DNA of 63,908 nt, filler included, from Octopus bimaculoides (GCF_001194135.2; 7 parts of 7 records of this genome joined end to end with filler, not necessarily neighbours in it); one strand, 5' to 3'; shown: positions 39,002 to 52,560, counted from the first letter of the whole stretch. Program-made: numbers and translations. The notes: generated by a model from the sequence alone, not told the origin.

Positions 39002-40066
39002 TCAGATCATTCCATAAGAACTGTTCGATTTTACCGTTATTAAAATTGTATGAAATTTAATAATATTTTAGAATGTCTAATGGAAGTAAAAATTATTTTC
39101 AGGCATTTATGCACATTTAAACTCATTAAATATTATTTTACAGAATAATAGAATTAAAATTTCTTTGATTAAAACCCTTTCTAACATGGAAGTATCCAAA
39201 GAGTATTTGAAGCACATAATGCTTTATGAGTACAAAAATGGAAACTCTGTTGCCGAAGCGACTCGAAATATACACTCAGTTTATGGGAAAGAATGCTTGA
39301 ATGAAAGAACTTGCAGAAGATGGTTTGCAAAATTCAGAAGTGGAGATTTCAGCCTTGAAGAGTTGAGTTTGATGATAAGCTCCTTGAGGCATTACTTGAA
39401 GAAAATCCTGCATTATCAGTTGAAGAATTGGCAATAAAGCATAGTACAAACCATACAACTGTTCGTTGTCATCTTCAACAAATTAGAAAGGTTCCTAAAC
39501 TGGGAAAATGGGTGCCTCATGAATTGTCCGAAAGCAACCGCTAATCCCGATTTCACATCTGCTCTTNNNNNNNNNNNNNNNNNNNNNNNNNNNNCTCTTG
39601 TCTCCATTCTCGCAAACTCATTTCACCCTTTTTGGATAGACTTGTGACTGGTGAGGAAAAATGGATCTTCTATCGAAATGTTAAACGTCGTAAACAGTGG
39701 CTTGGTAAAAGGGAAAAAGCTCAACCACAACCGAGAAGGGAACTTCATGGGAAAACGTTTCTTCTCTCTATCTGGATGGATTGCAAAGGAGTAATTCACT
39801 TGGAATTGTTATCACCTAATGCAACAATCAATGCTCAAGGCTACTGTCAGCAATTAGAGCGTTTGAACCAAGCTTTGAAGAAAAAACGACCCGCTTTAGT
39901 GAATCAAAAAGGAGTGATGTTTCATCAGGACAATGCCCGACCCCACACTGCAAAGATTACAACACAGAAGATCGAAGAGCTTGGTTGGGAAAAATTTCCT
40001 CATCCAGATTATTCTCCCGACCGTGGTCCTTCAGACTACCATTTGTTTCGTAGTTTACAGAATCAT
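39002..40066 (+). mobile_element. Mariner (Tc1/mariner) transposon, defective and 3'-truncated
   Basis: TA plus TIR-like TCAGATCATTCCATAAG at 39002. ATG at 39186 gives MEVSKEYLKHIMLYEY..GNSVAEATRNI..VYG...ERTCRRWFAKFRSGDFSL; WVPHEL near 39510; catalytic domain VTGEEKW...HQDNARPH...YSPDRGPSDYHLFRSLQNH. Frameshifted, and breaks off at ~40066. Confidence 0.92.
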
Positions 40067-41205
40067 TCGGGGCACATAGCTTTCGCAAGCCTGTTAAAGT
40101 CACCTACGGCTTTAACAAGTGTTTTTAGGTGAAACTATACCTAACGTGAGCAAGGGTTCACACAAATGCTGATCCGTCTTTAGGGCAACAAGAAAATTAC
40201 TTCCAAGATTCATTCATGAAAATGTACTATAAATTTGTCGATTTTCAGTGTTGCTTCTAACGGTGTAGTACACTATACTCCTGTATCCGGATTTCGATAC
40301 CTGGTCGATGATATCGTTTGAGGAAGGTATGAATACCACTTTAGACGAATTCATGTCTGGGATTGAAATTTGAAGTCTATAACTGAGTCGTGGTTGCTGA
40401 AATAAAGTAAGAAGTAACATAGTTGAAGGTCAAAGTGCTGTGCTGTCGGACTGAACTTGAGACTAAGTGAGCTTCTTAACCACACAGCCACGCATGTTTG
40501 GTATGTTATATTATACTCAGAAAATGCAATCTGGAGGCTAGTGTTGGCGGAGAATGCTGGACAATTGATAACGAAACAGTCTATGTATAAATCTCTTTCA
40601 CACACTGTCGTCTTTCTCTCTTACGATCTTTCTCTTTCCTCACTCTTTCTCTGCCTTCTCTCTCTTTCTATATCATTGCTGCCCCTCTTCTCCGACTCTC
40701 TCACCGTAAATGTATGTAATTATGTGAATGTGTATTTGTGTGTGCATATGTGTATCAGTCTGAGTACGTTAATTTTGCATGCTACTGTGTGTGAGTGTAT
40801 GTATCAATACGAATATGTAGGTGTATTTATATTTTTATGTATATATGTGTTTGAGTGAATGTGTGTTGTTTGCCAAATCCTTTGTCTTATAATGTTCTTT
40901 TCTTAAACAGAGCCACTCGTTTCTACTCTTAATCAAACAGCACTGGCCGTTATGAGATTCTGAACGTTATGAGACAATTCTTGACTTGAAGATATTTCCT
41001 GACAGAGTAAATTTACTCAGAGAATTGACAATATTCTTCAAGTATTTCACAAGTATTTCTACATATTTCCGTTTCCGCTACTTTTTGTGATGAGCGGGGA
41101 GGGGTGTACTTTCACGTGTCATTCAACCCTACCACCATCTTTTTCATGGAAGTCTATTTATTTTGATTTTACTCACGACACGTGACTTTTATATATCTCT
41201 ATCAG

Positions 41206-41246
<41 letters not shown>

Positions 41247-41990
41247 GCATTTAGATATATATTTATACATACACACGCAAACACACCATGTACGCATTCA
41301 CAAGCACATACGGACACACACTTATATAGATACATAGATATAGAAATATATATATAGATAGATAGAGAAATATATATATATAATAGAGTTATTAATATTT
41401 CTAAGTCTCTCTAAAGGAGACTACGGCAGCGGTACTGGAAATTAATAGTTATCGCCAAGCCAACATGGNNNNNNNNNNAAAGATAGACAGATAGTTAGAT
41501 AGATATCTGTAGACATCTTCATCTGCATATCTCTGTCTATCTGTCTATCTGTCTGCCTATCTATCTAACTATCTATCCATTATATATATATATATATATA
41601 TATGCAGATGTTCCTCCTGATATCGCTCTCTGTCCAGAAAGGTATATACATACACATATGCAAATATCTGTGTATGTGTACGTTGTCACCTGTATGTATT
41701 TTATACCGGTGCGGAATGACAAAATCACCGTGGAGGGAGATATCATCTGTTGTATTAAATTTCATCTCAGCTACCTTTTATGCGTCCTGTAAATACTGCT
41801 TCACAGCCCATCATCCCCAGATGAAATTAAAATGAATTTAAAATATATCATATATATTATGACTTCTGTGATGTATGTTAGCGAATTGTAATTATATAGA
41901 TAATGTGATGAATTTAGCAGGCCAGAGCTTTTGAAATGTGTGTACAGGTGTACTTATATTTACTGCAAATATTTTTAATTGATATACAGA

Positions 41991-42198
41991 GATGAGCTGA
42001 CAGCGTCGTTATTACGTCGGACAAAATGCTTAGCGGCATTTTGTCCGTCATTACTGTCTGAGTTCAAACTCCCTCGAAGTTGACTTTGCTGTTCATGCCT
42101 TCGTGGCCGATAAATTAAGTATCAGTTGCGTACTGGCGTCGATATACTCGACATACCCCTCCTTTGAACTTGTTAGCCTTGTGCCGAAATTTGAAACC
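41991..42198 (+). mobile_element. SINE family A
   Basis: GAGCTGACAG...CAAAATGCTTAGCGGCATTT...GAGTTCAAACT...TTCATGCCTTCGTGGCCGATAAATTAAGTA...CCTTGTGCCGAAATTTGAAACC. Confidence 0.75.
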
Positions 42199-42254
42199 GA
42201 TACTTTTGATTGGACTCATTTTAATGTTCATTTTGCACCGTATTCACTGTAAGT

Positions 42255-42504
42255 GGTAAAGCGTGTCTTACTATTTGGGATGTTGGACTCGTGACCTTAA
42301 GATCGTGATTTCGATTCCTGGACCAGGCGACGCGTTGTGTTCCTGAGCAAAGCACTTCATTTCACTTTGCTCCAGTCCGCTCAGCTAGCAAAAATGAGTA
42401 ATCTTGCGATGGAACAACGTCCCATCCAGGTGGGGAATATATAGGCCATGAAAACCGGAAAGCCGTCCCTCTATGACTCGAGAAGGAACTTGCCTCTTCC
42501 TTTT
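42255..42504 (+). mobile_element. SINE family D
   Basis: GATTTCGATTCCTGGACCAGGCGACGCGTTGTGTTCCTGAGCAAAGCAC...TATAGGCCATGAAAACCGG, homologous to 5682-5932. Confidence 0.75.
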
Positions 42505-42889
42505 ACTCACTGTAACACTTGTTGTATATACAATATCTATACTCATACTTCACCGTTGTGTAACGATATACTACTCCACTAAGTTTCAATAACTGGGGCT
42601 GAGCCTTGAATTTAGAATAATTCCCTCAACTCTTTCTAACCAGTTTTGCAAACCTTATAAATGGTCATAAGCAACGCATTTCCTTCTAAAAAATGTATAC
42701 AAAAGCAAATTAAAATTACATTTCCACATTTCTTATACTTCCAGAATTTCTCTGTCTCTTTTCAAGCGTTGATATGATCAGAATTTATCGCCATGTCTAT
42801 CACTGTACAAGTTTTAAGAGTTTTAATTTCAATTTTGGCATCTAAAGTTTTTGTATTGACTGTTTTGTCAGAGACGACTGGCAATAGTC

Positions 42890-43060
42890 ATGACTATGTT
42901 ATCTTCATCACCATCATCATAGTATTTATTACCACCACCACCACCACCACCACCAGCGTCATCTTTGTCACCACCACCACCACCACCACCACCTACCATC
43001 ATTATCACCATCTTCAAAATCATCATCATCATCATCATTATCACCATCTTCAAGATCATC

Positions 43061-43092
<32 letters not shown>

Positions 43093-43205
43093 CATCATAG
43101 TCGTCGTCGGCGTCATCATCGTCCTCCTCCGCACCATCATCATCTTCAACAACATCATCTTCAACAACATCATCGTCATCGTCGTCGTCGTCGTCGTCAT
43201 CACAT
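42890..43205 (+). repeat. Compound (CAC)n/(CAT)n/(CGT)n low-complexity tract
   Basis: Direct reading; it generates spurious poly-H/D/T/M ORFs. Confidence 0.9.
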
Positions 43206-44247
43206 GCTAAGCTTGCTGTGAATATGCTAGCATTTGCTTCAGATGTCCAAATGGTGCCATCTTTCATGTTAGCTAATATATTATTTCCTACAATGTCGTG
43301 ACCAAATTTATAGAAGTATTGTCTTTTGGAGTAGCAAGTATCTAAAAATGTTGAAGGTGAATATTATATTCATACGTACAAACATACGTTGACAGGCATA
43401 TATACAGACAGACAGACAGACAGACACAGACACAGGCACAAACGCACAAACACATGCATAATGTAATGCTCTTTTAGAGATTTGATCACTAAAAATGTCA
43501 CTGAATGCAGCAGGAGTGAACTAGCATTTAATTACTGAAGAATTTATGGACGAGCTACTTTAGGTTTCATACTGAAAAAGTACAATATACGTTCGCACTT
43601 GTATAAGGCGTACCATGAACGATCAAGCACACATTCAGAATCATGTGTAATGGTTATGCGGTGAGAATATACGAGTACAAACGGGTGAGTACGAGAAGAA
43701 ATGTTCTAAGATGAATGGAAATAATTCTTCAGAATTAGGTTATGCCCCTTTAATCAGGATATGTCTTATATAGAGAGAAAGAAAAGGTTAATGCTGAGTG
43801 TACATGGCAAAGAACGATGTAACATGCTTTATCAGTGCATATATAAAGTTTAGTAAGTAGTATGTAATTCTTAACTGGTTATTAGGTTACTTGAATAGGA
43901 GAAGGATCATCGCGTATCTAGTACGGTGGCGTAACAACCTCTATTTTCACATGACAAATTTGATTAGATACATATATCTCGTAAATATCACTGGTCTCGA
44001 TTCTAGGTACCCAGTGATGTTCTTCAAATCAATGTGGTTGTATGCTCTTCCTTAGATGCAGAATCACCTCTTACCCTTTTCCTCTTGATGTATAACCATA
44101 TATTTTTCCACTGTAGCTATGTCACATGAATCTAAATAATTGCGGGGAGTACGTCGTACGCATAATGCAGGAGGGGTCAATATTGTAATATTCGAGAACG
44201 AGATTTGTTGTAGGTCGCCAAAAATTTCTCTGTGTATGTCTGTATAT

Positions 44248-44288
<41 letters not shown>

Positions 44289-44694
44289 NNNNNNNNNNNN
44301 NNNNNNNNNNNNNNNNNNNNNNNNNNNNNNNNTTAATTAATTAANNNNNNNNNNNNNNNNNNNNNNNNNNNNNNNNNNNNNNNNNNNNATATATATACAT
44401 TTATACACACACACACATACACGGTATGTGTCTGTTTTTGTAATCATGTTCCTGTCTATATCCACTTTATATTTACTAGTGTATAACCAGCAACGTATCA
44501 ACATGTATAATTTAATGATTTATTAAATATAAACTGATAAAATATGCACCAAACTAACAGTCAATATGAATGATTAAAAGACCTTGAAAATGATGCCCGG
44601 CATAACTGTATTCCAATTGCTGGAATTAGTCAATGAATAAAATGACATCTTTCTGAATTACACCACAGTATCAATAAAAATGATATTATATCTT

Positions 44695-44905
44695 TTATCT
44701 TTTACTTGTGGCAGTCATTAGACTGCAGCCATGCTGGAGCACTGCCTTGAAGAATTTTTAGTCAAATGAATTGATGCCAGTTCTTATTTTTGCGCTAAGC
44801 CTGGTACTTATTCTACCAGTCTATTTTGCTGATCTGCAAAATTATAGACATGTAAACACACCAAAACCAGTTGTCAAACAGTACTGGGGGACAAATACAG
44901 ACACA
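44695..44905 (-). mobile_element. SINE family B, 3' half
   Basis: TTTTACTTGTGGCAGTCATTAGACTGCAGCCATGCTGGAGCAC...ACATGTAAACACACC...GGGGACAAATACAGACACAAACAC. Confidence 0.75.
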
Positions 44906-44938
44906 AACACACACACATATATATTGTATGTGTATATG

Positions 44939-44992
<54 letters not shown>

Positions 44993-45816
44993 TATATAGT
45001 ATATATAAATCACAGTACGAGGGTGTATATTGACTAATGCATACATTTCCACAATTCTCAGCTGATTTTCCCCAATCTTTATACACACATTACTTATGTC
45101 TCAAGGATGGTCATGCACTATAGCATTTTCCCCAGAACTCCTGTGGAAATGGACAAACCGGGAAAAACGGTGGTTTACATGGGTTTTTCTCTAACTCATT
45201 GTATGTACAGAGTTTACTTGTATGTAGGGTCTTCTATACATTTTAAATCTATATGGTAGTATATTGGCATTAGAGAATATTTTTTGTGGTTTTCTTATTT
45301 TTTGATTTATTATTTATTTATATGTTGTAATTGCGTATTATTATTTGGTTAGAAAATATTATAAAAGTGAAAGTATTTTGTCTATTTGTTTCGACTGTCC
45401 ACCTGTGACGGTGATTAAATTGACCAGGATCACTGTAGGCAATGAATATACAATACCAAATAATCTTAATTTCCATATTTAAACTGCATTAAACTTTGGC
45501 AAGATTAACCTCACCTATTCTGAGTTAGTCGAAAGGTAATGTTCCCTTCCCTCTCTTCTATTTGTTGACATCTTTGTATACCTACCAATGCATTGTTTCA
45601 CTTTAAGGATGCTTATTTACCCATTCGTTATATTTCGAACACAACATCTTTTCACTGCAAACTGCAAAAGATTCAAAGCAGTATTCATGAACTGAAGTCA
45701 AACCTTCATGTCTTCATTTTTCATTACCTGAAGTCAATTTCAGAGTGGTCATACACTGTAAGCACATAACAAATACATTCCTTTAACTCTACTTTTTCAA
45801 GTAGGTATTATATGTT

Positions 45817-45854
<38 letters not shown>

Positions 45855-46231
45855 NNNNNNNNNNNNNNNNNNNNNNNNNNNNNNNNNNNNNNNNNNNNNN
45901 NNNNNNNNNNNNNNNNNNNNNNNNNNNNNNNNNNNNNNNNNNNNNNNNNNNNNNNNNNNNNNNNNNNNNNNNNNNNNNNNNNNNNNNNNNNNNNNNNNNN
46001 NNNNNNNNNNNNNNNNNNNNNNNNNNNNNNNNNNNNNNNNNNNNNNNNNNNNNNNNNNNNNNNNNNNNNNNNNNNNNNNNNNNNNNNNNNNNNNNNNNNN
46101 NNNNNNNNNNNNNNNNNNNNNNNNNNNNNNNNNNNNNNNNNNNNNNNNNNNNNNNNNNNNNNNNNNNNNNNNNNNNNNNNNNNNNNNNNNNNNNNNNNNN
46201 NNNNNNNNNNNNNNNNNNNNNNNNNNNNNNT

Positions 46232-46384
46232 ATAGGAGTGGCTGTGTGGTAAGAAACTTGCTTCCCAACCACATGGTTCCGGGTTCTGTCCCACCGCATG
46301 GCACCTTGGCAGGTGCCTTCTACTACAGCCTCGGGCTGACCAAAGCCTTGGGAGTGGATTTGGTAGACGGAAACTGAAAGAAGC

Positions 46385-46445
<61 letters not shown>

Positions 46446-46640
46446 TCTGTTCCCCCACCATCACCTGACAGCTGATTTGTGTTTACATCTCCCTAACTTA
46501 GCAGTTCAGCAAAAGACACTGACAGAATTAGTACTAGGCTTACAAAGAATAAGTCCAGGGGTGAATTTGTTTGACTAAAGGCAGTGCTCCAGCATGGCCG
46601 TAGTCAAATGACTGAAACAAGTAAAAGAATAAAAGAATAG
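46232..46640 (+). mobile_element. SINE family B, full length
   Basis: AGGAGTGGCTGTGTGGTAAGAAACTTGCTTCCCAACCACATGGTTCCGGGTTC head, internal (TA)n(TG)n, and tail GCAGTGCTCCAGCATGGCCGTAGTCAAATGACTGAAACAAGTAAAAGAATAAAAGAA. Confidence 0.9.
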
Positions 46641-47495
46641 AAGAATACATATGTATATGTATATATTTGTATGTGTGTGTGTATATATATATATATATGC
46701 AAATGTATATGCATGCATACACACACACATATATATATGTATATATAGAGAGAGAGAGAGACACACACACACACACATACACACACGCACACATGTGCAC
46801 ATATGTCTATACACACCAATCTAAGTATTCAAACCACACTGCTGAGTATCTTGACATGACCAAATACATAATTGAAAACTATAGAGTTTCACCCAGCAAC
46901 AGATTGTCATTAACAGAAAGCTGACATCAATCATATTTTTTCTTGTTGCTGCTATTCCTCCACCTGCTCCCCTTTCCTCTTGCTCCCCCTACTAATTCTC
47001 TCCACTATTCCTTCTCATCATCATCATCATTATTATTAGCATCATCAGTATAACTCTCTCTCTCGCTCTCTCTGTCTTGTAGCATTATTCTTGTCTCTTC
47101 TCGAAACAACTTTATTCCGTATGATGAATGCAATGCATATGTCTTCCTATTCACTAATCCAAAATCCCTCCTTTGATAGGGGAGGAGTCTAATGAAAGCT
47201 TAAAAAAAAAAAAAAATTACCAAAACAGCGTAAACAACAACGACAATGACTAAAATAACAACTACTGTTATAGTAACCATGACTACGAGAAGAATAACAA
47301 CTAAATCACCAACCACAATAACAACTACATTGACATCAACGTTACTACATACAACAACAATTTCAGTTGCAGCACCAACAATTCCAAAATTCTTTCTACT
47401 ATAAGCACAAGGCCTGGAATTTGACTGATACTTATTTTATTAACTCCGAAAAGAAGAAAGGCAAACTGGAATTCAGGGGAATTTGAACTCAGAAA

Positions 47496-47859
47496 GTTGT
47501 TGGCACTCTGTCGCTTACGACATCGAGGGTTCCAATTGATCCGATCAACGGAACAGCCTGCTCGTGAAATTAACGTGCAAGTAGCTGAGCATTCCACAGA
47601 CACGTGTACCCTTAACGTAGTTCTCTGGGATATTCAGCGTGACACAGTGTAACAAGGCTGGCCCTTTGAATTACAGGCACAACAGAAACAGGAAGAAAGA
47701 GTGAGAGAAAGTTGGTGGTGAAAGAGTACAGCAGGGTTCGCCATCATCCCCTGCCGGAGCCTCATGGAGCTTTAGGTGTTTTTGCTCAATAAACACTCAC
47801 AACACCCGGTCTGGGAATCGAAACCGCGATCCTATGACCGTGAGTCTGCTGCCCTAACC
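47496..47859 (-). mobile_element. SINE family C (tRNA-derived head)
   Basis: Minus strand starts GGTTAGGGCAGCAGACTCACGGTCATAGGATCGCGGTTTCGATTCCCAGACCGG (A/B boxes); abuts a family A fragment at ~47390-47495. Confidence 0.7.
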
Positions 47860-48830
47860 TATTGTTATTGGAGTGTTGGATTCAATACCTAACCTGAAAA
47901 AATACGTAACCTGAAGAAACATCTGGAAACTTTTAGAAATACCCTACAATCTAGGTGTATTGCAATACCTTACAATCTAGGTGTATTGCAAAAACTTGGA
48001 ACTGCATGCATACTGTGTAAAGTACTGTCTGTCTGAGGTCCTTCTAGTGACTTGATAGACAGTACAAACCCCTGCTAGACAAAATATCTTCAATCAACAA
48101 CCACATGATATTAGATATTGTGCGACATCGTAAATAATAATAATAATGTAATATCAATAAAATGTCTAATGTTTTGGTGCATGACTTTTTGGCCACTCTG
48201 TACTTCAAGAATGTGCCTTGAAGCATAGAAAAAATCTACTAGCATATATAAAGAACATAGTTCAGTGCTATAACAAAAGACTTAATTGAATGACAAAAAC
48301 AATTTTTTTTTTTTTGATATTGGATATATTATACAACAAACCTACATAGAATCTGAGGAATTTCAATTTTACAAGATCAACTCCAAGTATTGTATAGAAA
48401 GACATATCACTGGTGTTGTATCTTGGGGTCACTATGTGATTTTTGGTCTCCTAAATCCACTAACTGTCAAGTGAATCCAATAACTAGGCTAGGCTTAAAT
48501 TGGATCAGGGTTATTGTAAAAAACATTTCCATAATGTTGTTGAAAAGCAAGCTTTTCAAACACACAGCCACATGGTTGTCTATTGTATATTGTTGTTTTT
48601 GGAGTAAATTTCAGGTATTAGTTACTTAATTATCTAAATAATTATATAGCAAGCGACTCAAAATTTTTAGGTATCATATCTAATTTAGAAACAGTTATTA
48701 TTATTGCGATTCTGTTATATTGAACTAATACTGTGACCAGTTTAATTATGCTTCCAATCAATTCACAACACTTGCTGCAGGATGAGAAGCACTTTTTGTA
48801 CCTTCTGTCAAAAGTTTTTTTTTTAATTTT

Positions 48831-49189
48831 TGGCTGTTTATATCTGTTCTTATATCTATCTGGACAAGGATTCTGGATTATTTTTCCGTTTTTTTTACTT
48901 AATTTTTGAGAGCGGTTGGATTCATTTTTAGTATTCTCATTTATGAGAGCAGTCGAGTTTATTTCAGATATTCTCATTTTAAAAATCATCTCTGGCTAAT
49001 CATTTTTGGCTGTTTATATCTGTTCTTATATCTATCTGGACAAGGATTCTGGATTATTTTCCCGTTTTTTTTACTTAATTTTTGAGAGCGGTTGGATTCA
49101 TTTTTAGTATTCTCATTTATGATTGCAGTCGAGTTTATTTCAGATATTCTCATTTTAAAAATCATCTCTGGCTAATCATTTTTGGCTGT
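48831..49189 (+). repeat. 176-bp tandem repeat (two full units plus the start of a third, running into a gap)
   Basis: TGGCTGT recurs at 48831, 49007 and 49183. Units are nearly identical and inversely homologous to 50190-50330. Confidence 0.9.
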
Positions 49190-49689
49190 NNNNNNNNNNN
49201 NNNNNNNNNNNNNNNNNNNNNNNNNNNNNNNNNNNNNNNNNNNNNNNNNNNNNNNNNNNNNNNNNNNNNNNNNNNNNNNNNNNNNNNNNNNNNNNNNNNN
49301 NNNNNNNNAAAAAAAAAAAAAAAAAAAAAAAAGAAAGAGGATTTTCTGCACTGCACTCATTCCAACATTTGAGTTATCAGTATTTTCTAATCTGGAAGTA
49401 TAAATAATCCAAATATAGGAGGCTGAAAGCAGAAACAATTTCTGTAATAACAGTGATCATGAGAATGATGAAAAAGCATGCAGACAAATATATAGCCAAG
49501 AGCACAGGACTTACACACATGTAGAACATAGAGAATATATTGTTATTAGGCACCACGAACATGTTATGTGGATTACTTTCAATATAATAAGAACACAGAA
49601 ATAACAAAACCAACATAAAACACAAGATGTACTCAGTACATACATATACATACATATACTCATTCCTACATATATACAGGACAGCTGCA

Positions 49690-50050
49690 TAAAGATGTTC
49701 TATGAGGACCTGCAGAAGGAGTAGACCCAGGAAAACATGGAATGAAGTGGTGAGAAAAGATCTTTGGATGTTAGGCCACACAGGGGAGTTGTGGCGATTT
49801 GCTGTACTTGAGAAGACATATCAAGTGAAGTAAAATCATTGCCATCCATACATACAGACTTACAGGTGTCGATGCTACATGAAATGCACTTGTGCTGATG
49901 CTGCACAAATGCACCCATGCTAGTGGGACATAAAATGCACCCAGCACACTCTGTAAAGTGGTTGGCATTATGATGAGCATCCAGCCGTAGAAACCATGCC
50001 AAAAGAGACAATTTAGAGTCTGGACAGTTCCCTGGCTGGCTAGCTCCTGT
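49690..50050 (+). mobile_element. RTE LINE 3' end / RTE-tailed repeat ending in a (GAC/GAT)n tail
   Basis: GPAEGVDPG region reads in frame as TCRRSRPRKTWNEVVRKDLWMLG (RTE C-terminus), followed by ...AAAGTGGTTGGCATTATGATGAGCATCCAGCCGTAGAAACCATGCC; tail at 50052-50125. Confidence 0.6.
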
Positions 50051-50057
50051 CAACAAC

Positions 50058-50089
<32 letters not shown>

Positions 50090-50150
50090 CGACGACGATG
50101 ACGACGACGACGATGACGACGACGATAACAACAGCACCCAGAGAGCACAA

Positions 50151-50505
50151 ACCTCCGCCAAGGCAACACCAACGTCCTGTCAATGATTAGCCGATTAGCC
50201 AGAGATGATTTTTAAAATGAGAATATCTGAAATAAACTCAACTGCTCTCCCAGATGAGAATACTAAAAATGAACCTGACTGCTCTCAAAAATTAGGTAAA
50301 AAAACAGGAAAAACAATCAAGAATCCTTGTCCGGTACCACATTGATCCCAAAATCTAATGAGTTCATACCAGTCATGAGGCTAAACATCCCTGAAAGTTT
50401 CATTCGAATCCATCCAGCAGTTCTTGGGATATCTTGTTCATGGACAAACGAACAAACAAACACGATTGAAAACAATACCTCCGCCTTCGCTAAGGTGGAG
50501 GTAAT
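50151..50505 (+). mobile_element. Non-autonomous Helentron/HINE-like element
   Basis: 5' ACCTCCGCCAAGG and a 3' hairpin ACCTCCGCCTT-CGCT-AAGGTGGAGGT (50477-50502) preceded by (AAAC)n-like repeats and GAAAACAAT; T/A-rich flanks. The architecture matches DINE-1/HINE-type elements (inference). Confidence 0.6.
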
Positions 50506-50939
50506 AATAACAATTACTATAAACTTTTAATGAAAACTTAATTCTCAGTATATATGATCTCCTTTCCTATCATTGCTCCTACTTGTAAATAACAACCACA
50601 GTAAAACATCTAACTTGCTGTTGCTTGAGATTTCTGGATGAAATTTTGGACAAATATGATGTTAGTAGAGAAGAGTGTAGTGGTGAGTGGTGATGTCGAT
50701 GGAGATGAGGATGATGACTGTTTCCGATTTAGGCGCAAAGCCAGTAGTTTGGAGGAAACAAGGCTAGTTGATCAAGTTGAGCCAAGAACTGAACTTGAAC
50801 ATTGTTTAATCAACTTTGAGATGATATAAAAAACAAGTTGATTTCAACAGGATTTGAACATAGAATGTAAAGAGCCATACTAGCCTAAGGCATTTTGTCT
50901 GATGCCTTTATGGTTCTGCTAATTCACAGCCCTTCTAAT

Positions 50940-51380
50940 TTCTAATTTAGGCACAAGGCCAGGAATTTTGAGAGGAGGTTTTTTAATCAATATCCTCAAC
51001 ACCTGTACTTACCTGAATCTTTATTTTATTAACCATGGAAATAATGAAAGTCAAAAGTAAACGGTAGCAACATTTGAACTCAGAATGGTATTGAGTATCA
51101 ACATAACATTTTGTCTAGTGCTCTATTTCTAGCAATAGTCATTACCGAAAAAGGGTTTCAAATTTTGGCACATGTCTAGGAAGTTCAAGGATGGGGTAAG
51201 TCAATTACATTGACCCCGGTACTCAACTGGTACTGGTACTTATTTTATCACCCCGCCACCCGAAAGGGTGAAGGGCAAAGTTAACCCTACTGGAGCTTGA
51301 ACTCAGAACATAAAGACAGATGAAATGCTGCTAAGCATTTTGCCTGGCATGCTAACGATTCTGCCAAGCTCACTGCCCTC
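50940..51380 (-). mobile_element. Two diverged SINE family A copies
   Basis: GGCACAAGGCCAGGAATTTT tail, TACTTATTTTATC...GAAAGGGTGAAGGGCAAAGTT core and GCTAACGATTCTGCCAAGCTCAC head on the plus strand. Confidence 0.7.
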
Positions 51381-51497
51381 CATTGTCTAAATAATGGCAA
51401 ATATTTCAGCAGCCAAAAAAGACAGCAATGGCTTTTGTAACAATAACAGAACAACAAAACCACCAACAACAACAATAACAACAACAAAATAACTACT

Positions 51498-51532
<35 letters not shown>

Positions 51533-51905
51533 CACACCATCAAAAGGCAATATATCATACAATAATCCTATCATGTTTTTATTACTCTGTGTATTAGTTT
51601 CAGTTATGTTTTGTCAATTACCAACAGTAACTAAATCTGTAGACTACATGTCTCTGCTGCCCCATCCCAGAGCACAGTATACACCACACGCTATCAATAA
51701 ACTTACTGATATGCTATCTTCATTGCTTTTCTTTTTATCCTTCTTTTGTTATGTAATAAATGCTGTAATCACAATTTATGTCAACATAAAATTGAGATCT
51801 TAATGTCAGAGCTTGACAAGTATACTTGTTCATATATCTATGCATCTATGCATGTATGTGTATGTCTATGTGTGCAAATATGTATGTATATGCGTGTATG
51901 TATGG

Positions 51906-52036
<131 letters not shown>

Positions 52037-52189
52037 CACATGTTTGTCTATCTTTATGTATCTGTGCATGTATCTATTTCTCTCTCTCTCTCACACAAAC
52101 ACAAACATAATACGCACTCACTAACATAAACACAGACATGCACACTTACACACACACATACACACACACATACATATCATCATCATCAT

Positions 52190-52560
52190 TTGTTTGCTAT
52201 CTATACAAGCATGGATTAGATGGATTGTCAAAGTCTGAGTCACTTCTTATTCAATGTTGCTCCTCCTTTAGGCATAGTGAGAAGATCACATTCCTATCAT
52301 ACATTTATTTTGGTATAATTTCTATGGCTGGATGCCCTTCCCAACATAATCCACTTTATAAAGAGTATATTGGGGGGATTTATCAGAGCACCAACACAAG
52401 ATAGGTTGTCATATCCTTGTTAAGACAAAAGACACCTTTTGACCTTATGTTATCTCCACTCATTCACCATTCCCTTTACACAGTATGTTAGGTATATTTT
52501 ATCATGGCACCAGTACTACTGAGTCTGCCTAGTACTCTTCAAGACAAAAGGATCCCCATT
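52190..52560 (-). mobile_element. RTE-tailed repeat, inverse copy of the 49790-50050 family
   Basis: TTTCTATGGCTGGATGCCCTTCCCAAC..CCACTTTATAAAGAGT is the reverse complement of the 49950-50000 block; CATCATCAT tail at 52180. Confidence 0.55.

Noticed and set aside
42793-43267. Poly-His/Asp/Thr/Met ORFs, and similar poly-L/V/I ORFs at 7549-7786 and 36069-36371
   Set aside because: Translations of triplet microsatellites, with no splice or domain support.
47790-47859. tRNA genes at SINE heads (also 5870-5932, 19412-19480, 42270-42330, 46232-46300)
   Set aside because: A/B-box-like motifs are present, but there is no complete cloverleaf and each continues into a repeat body.
47940-47992. 25-bp direct repeat (TACAATCTAGGTGTATTGCAA x2), and a ~44-bp GATA/GACA repeat at 24720-24830
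   Set aside because: Simple local slippage duplications with no further structure.
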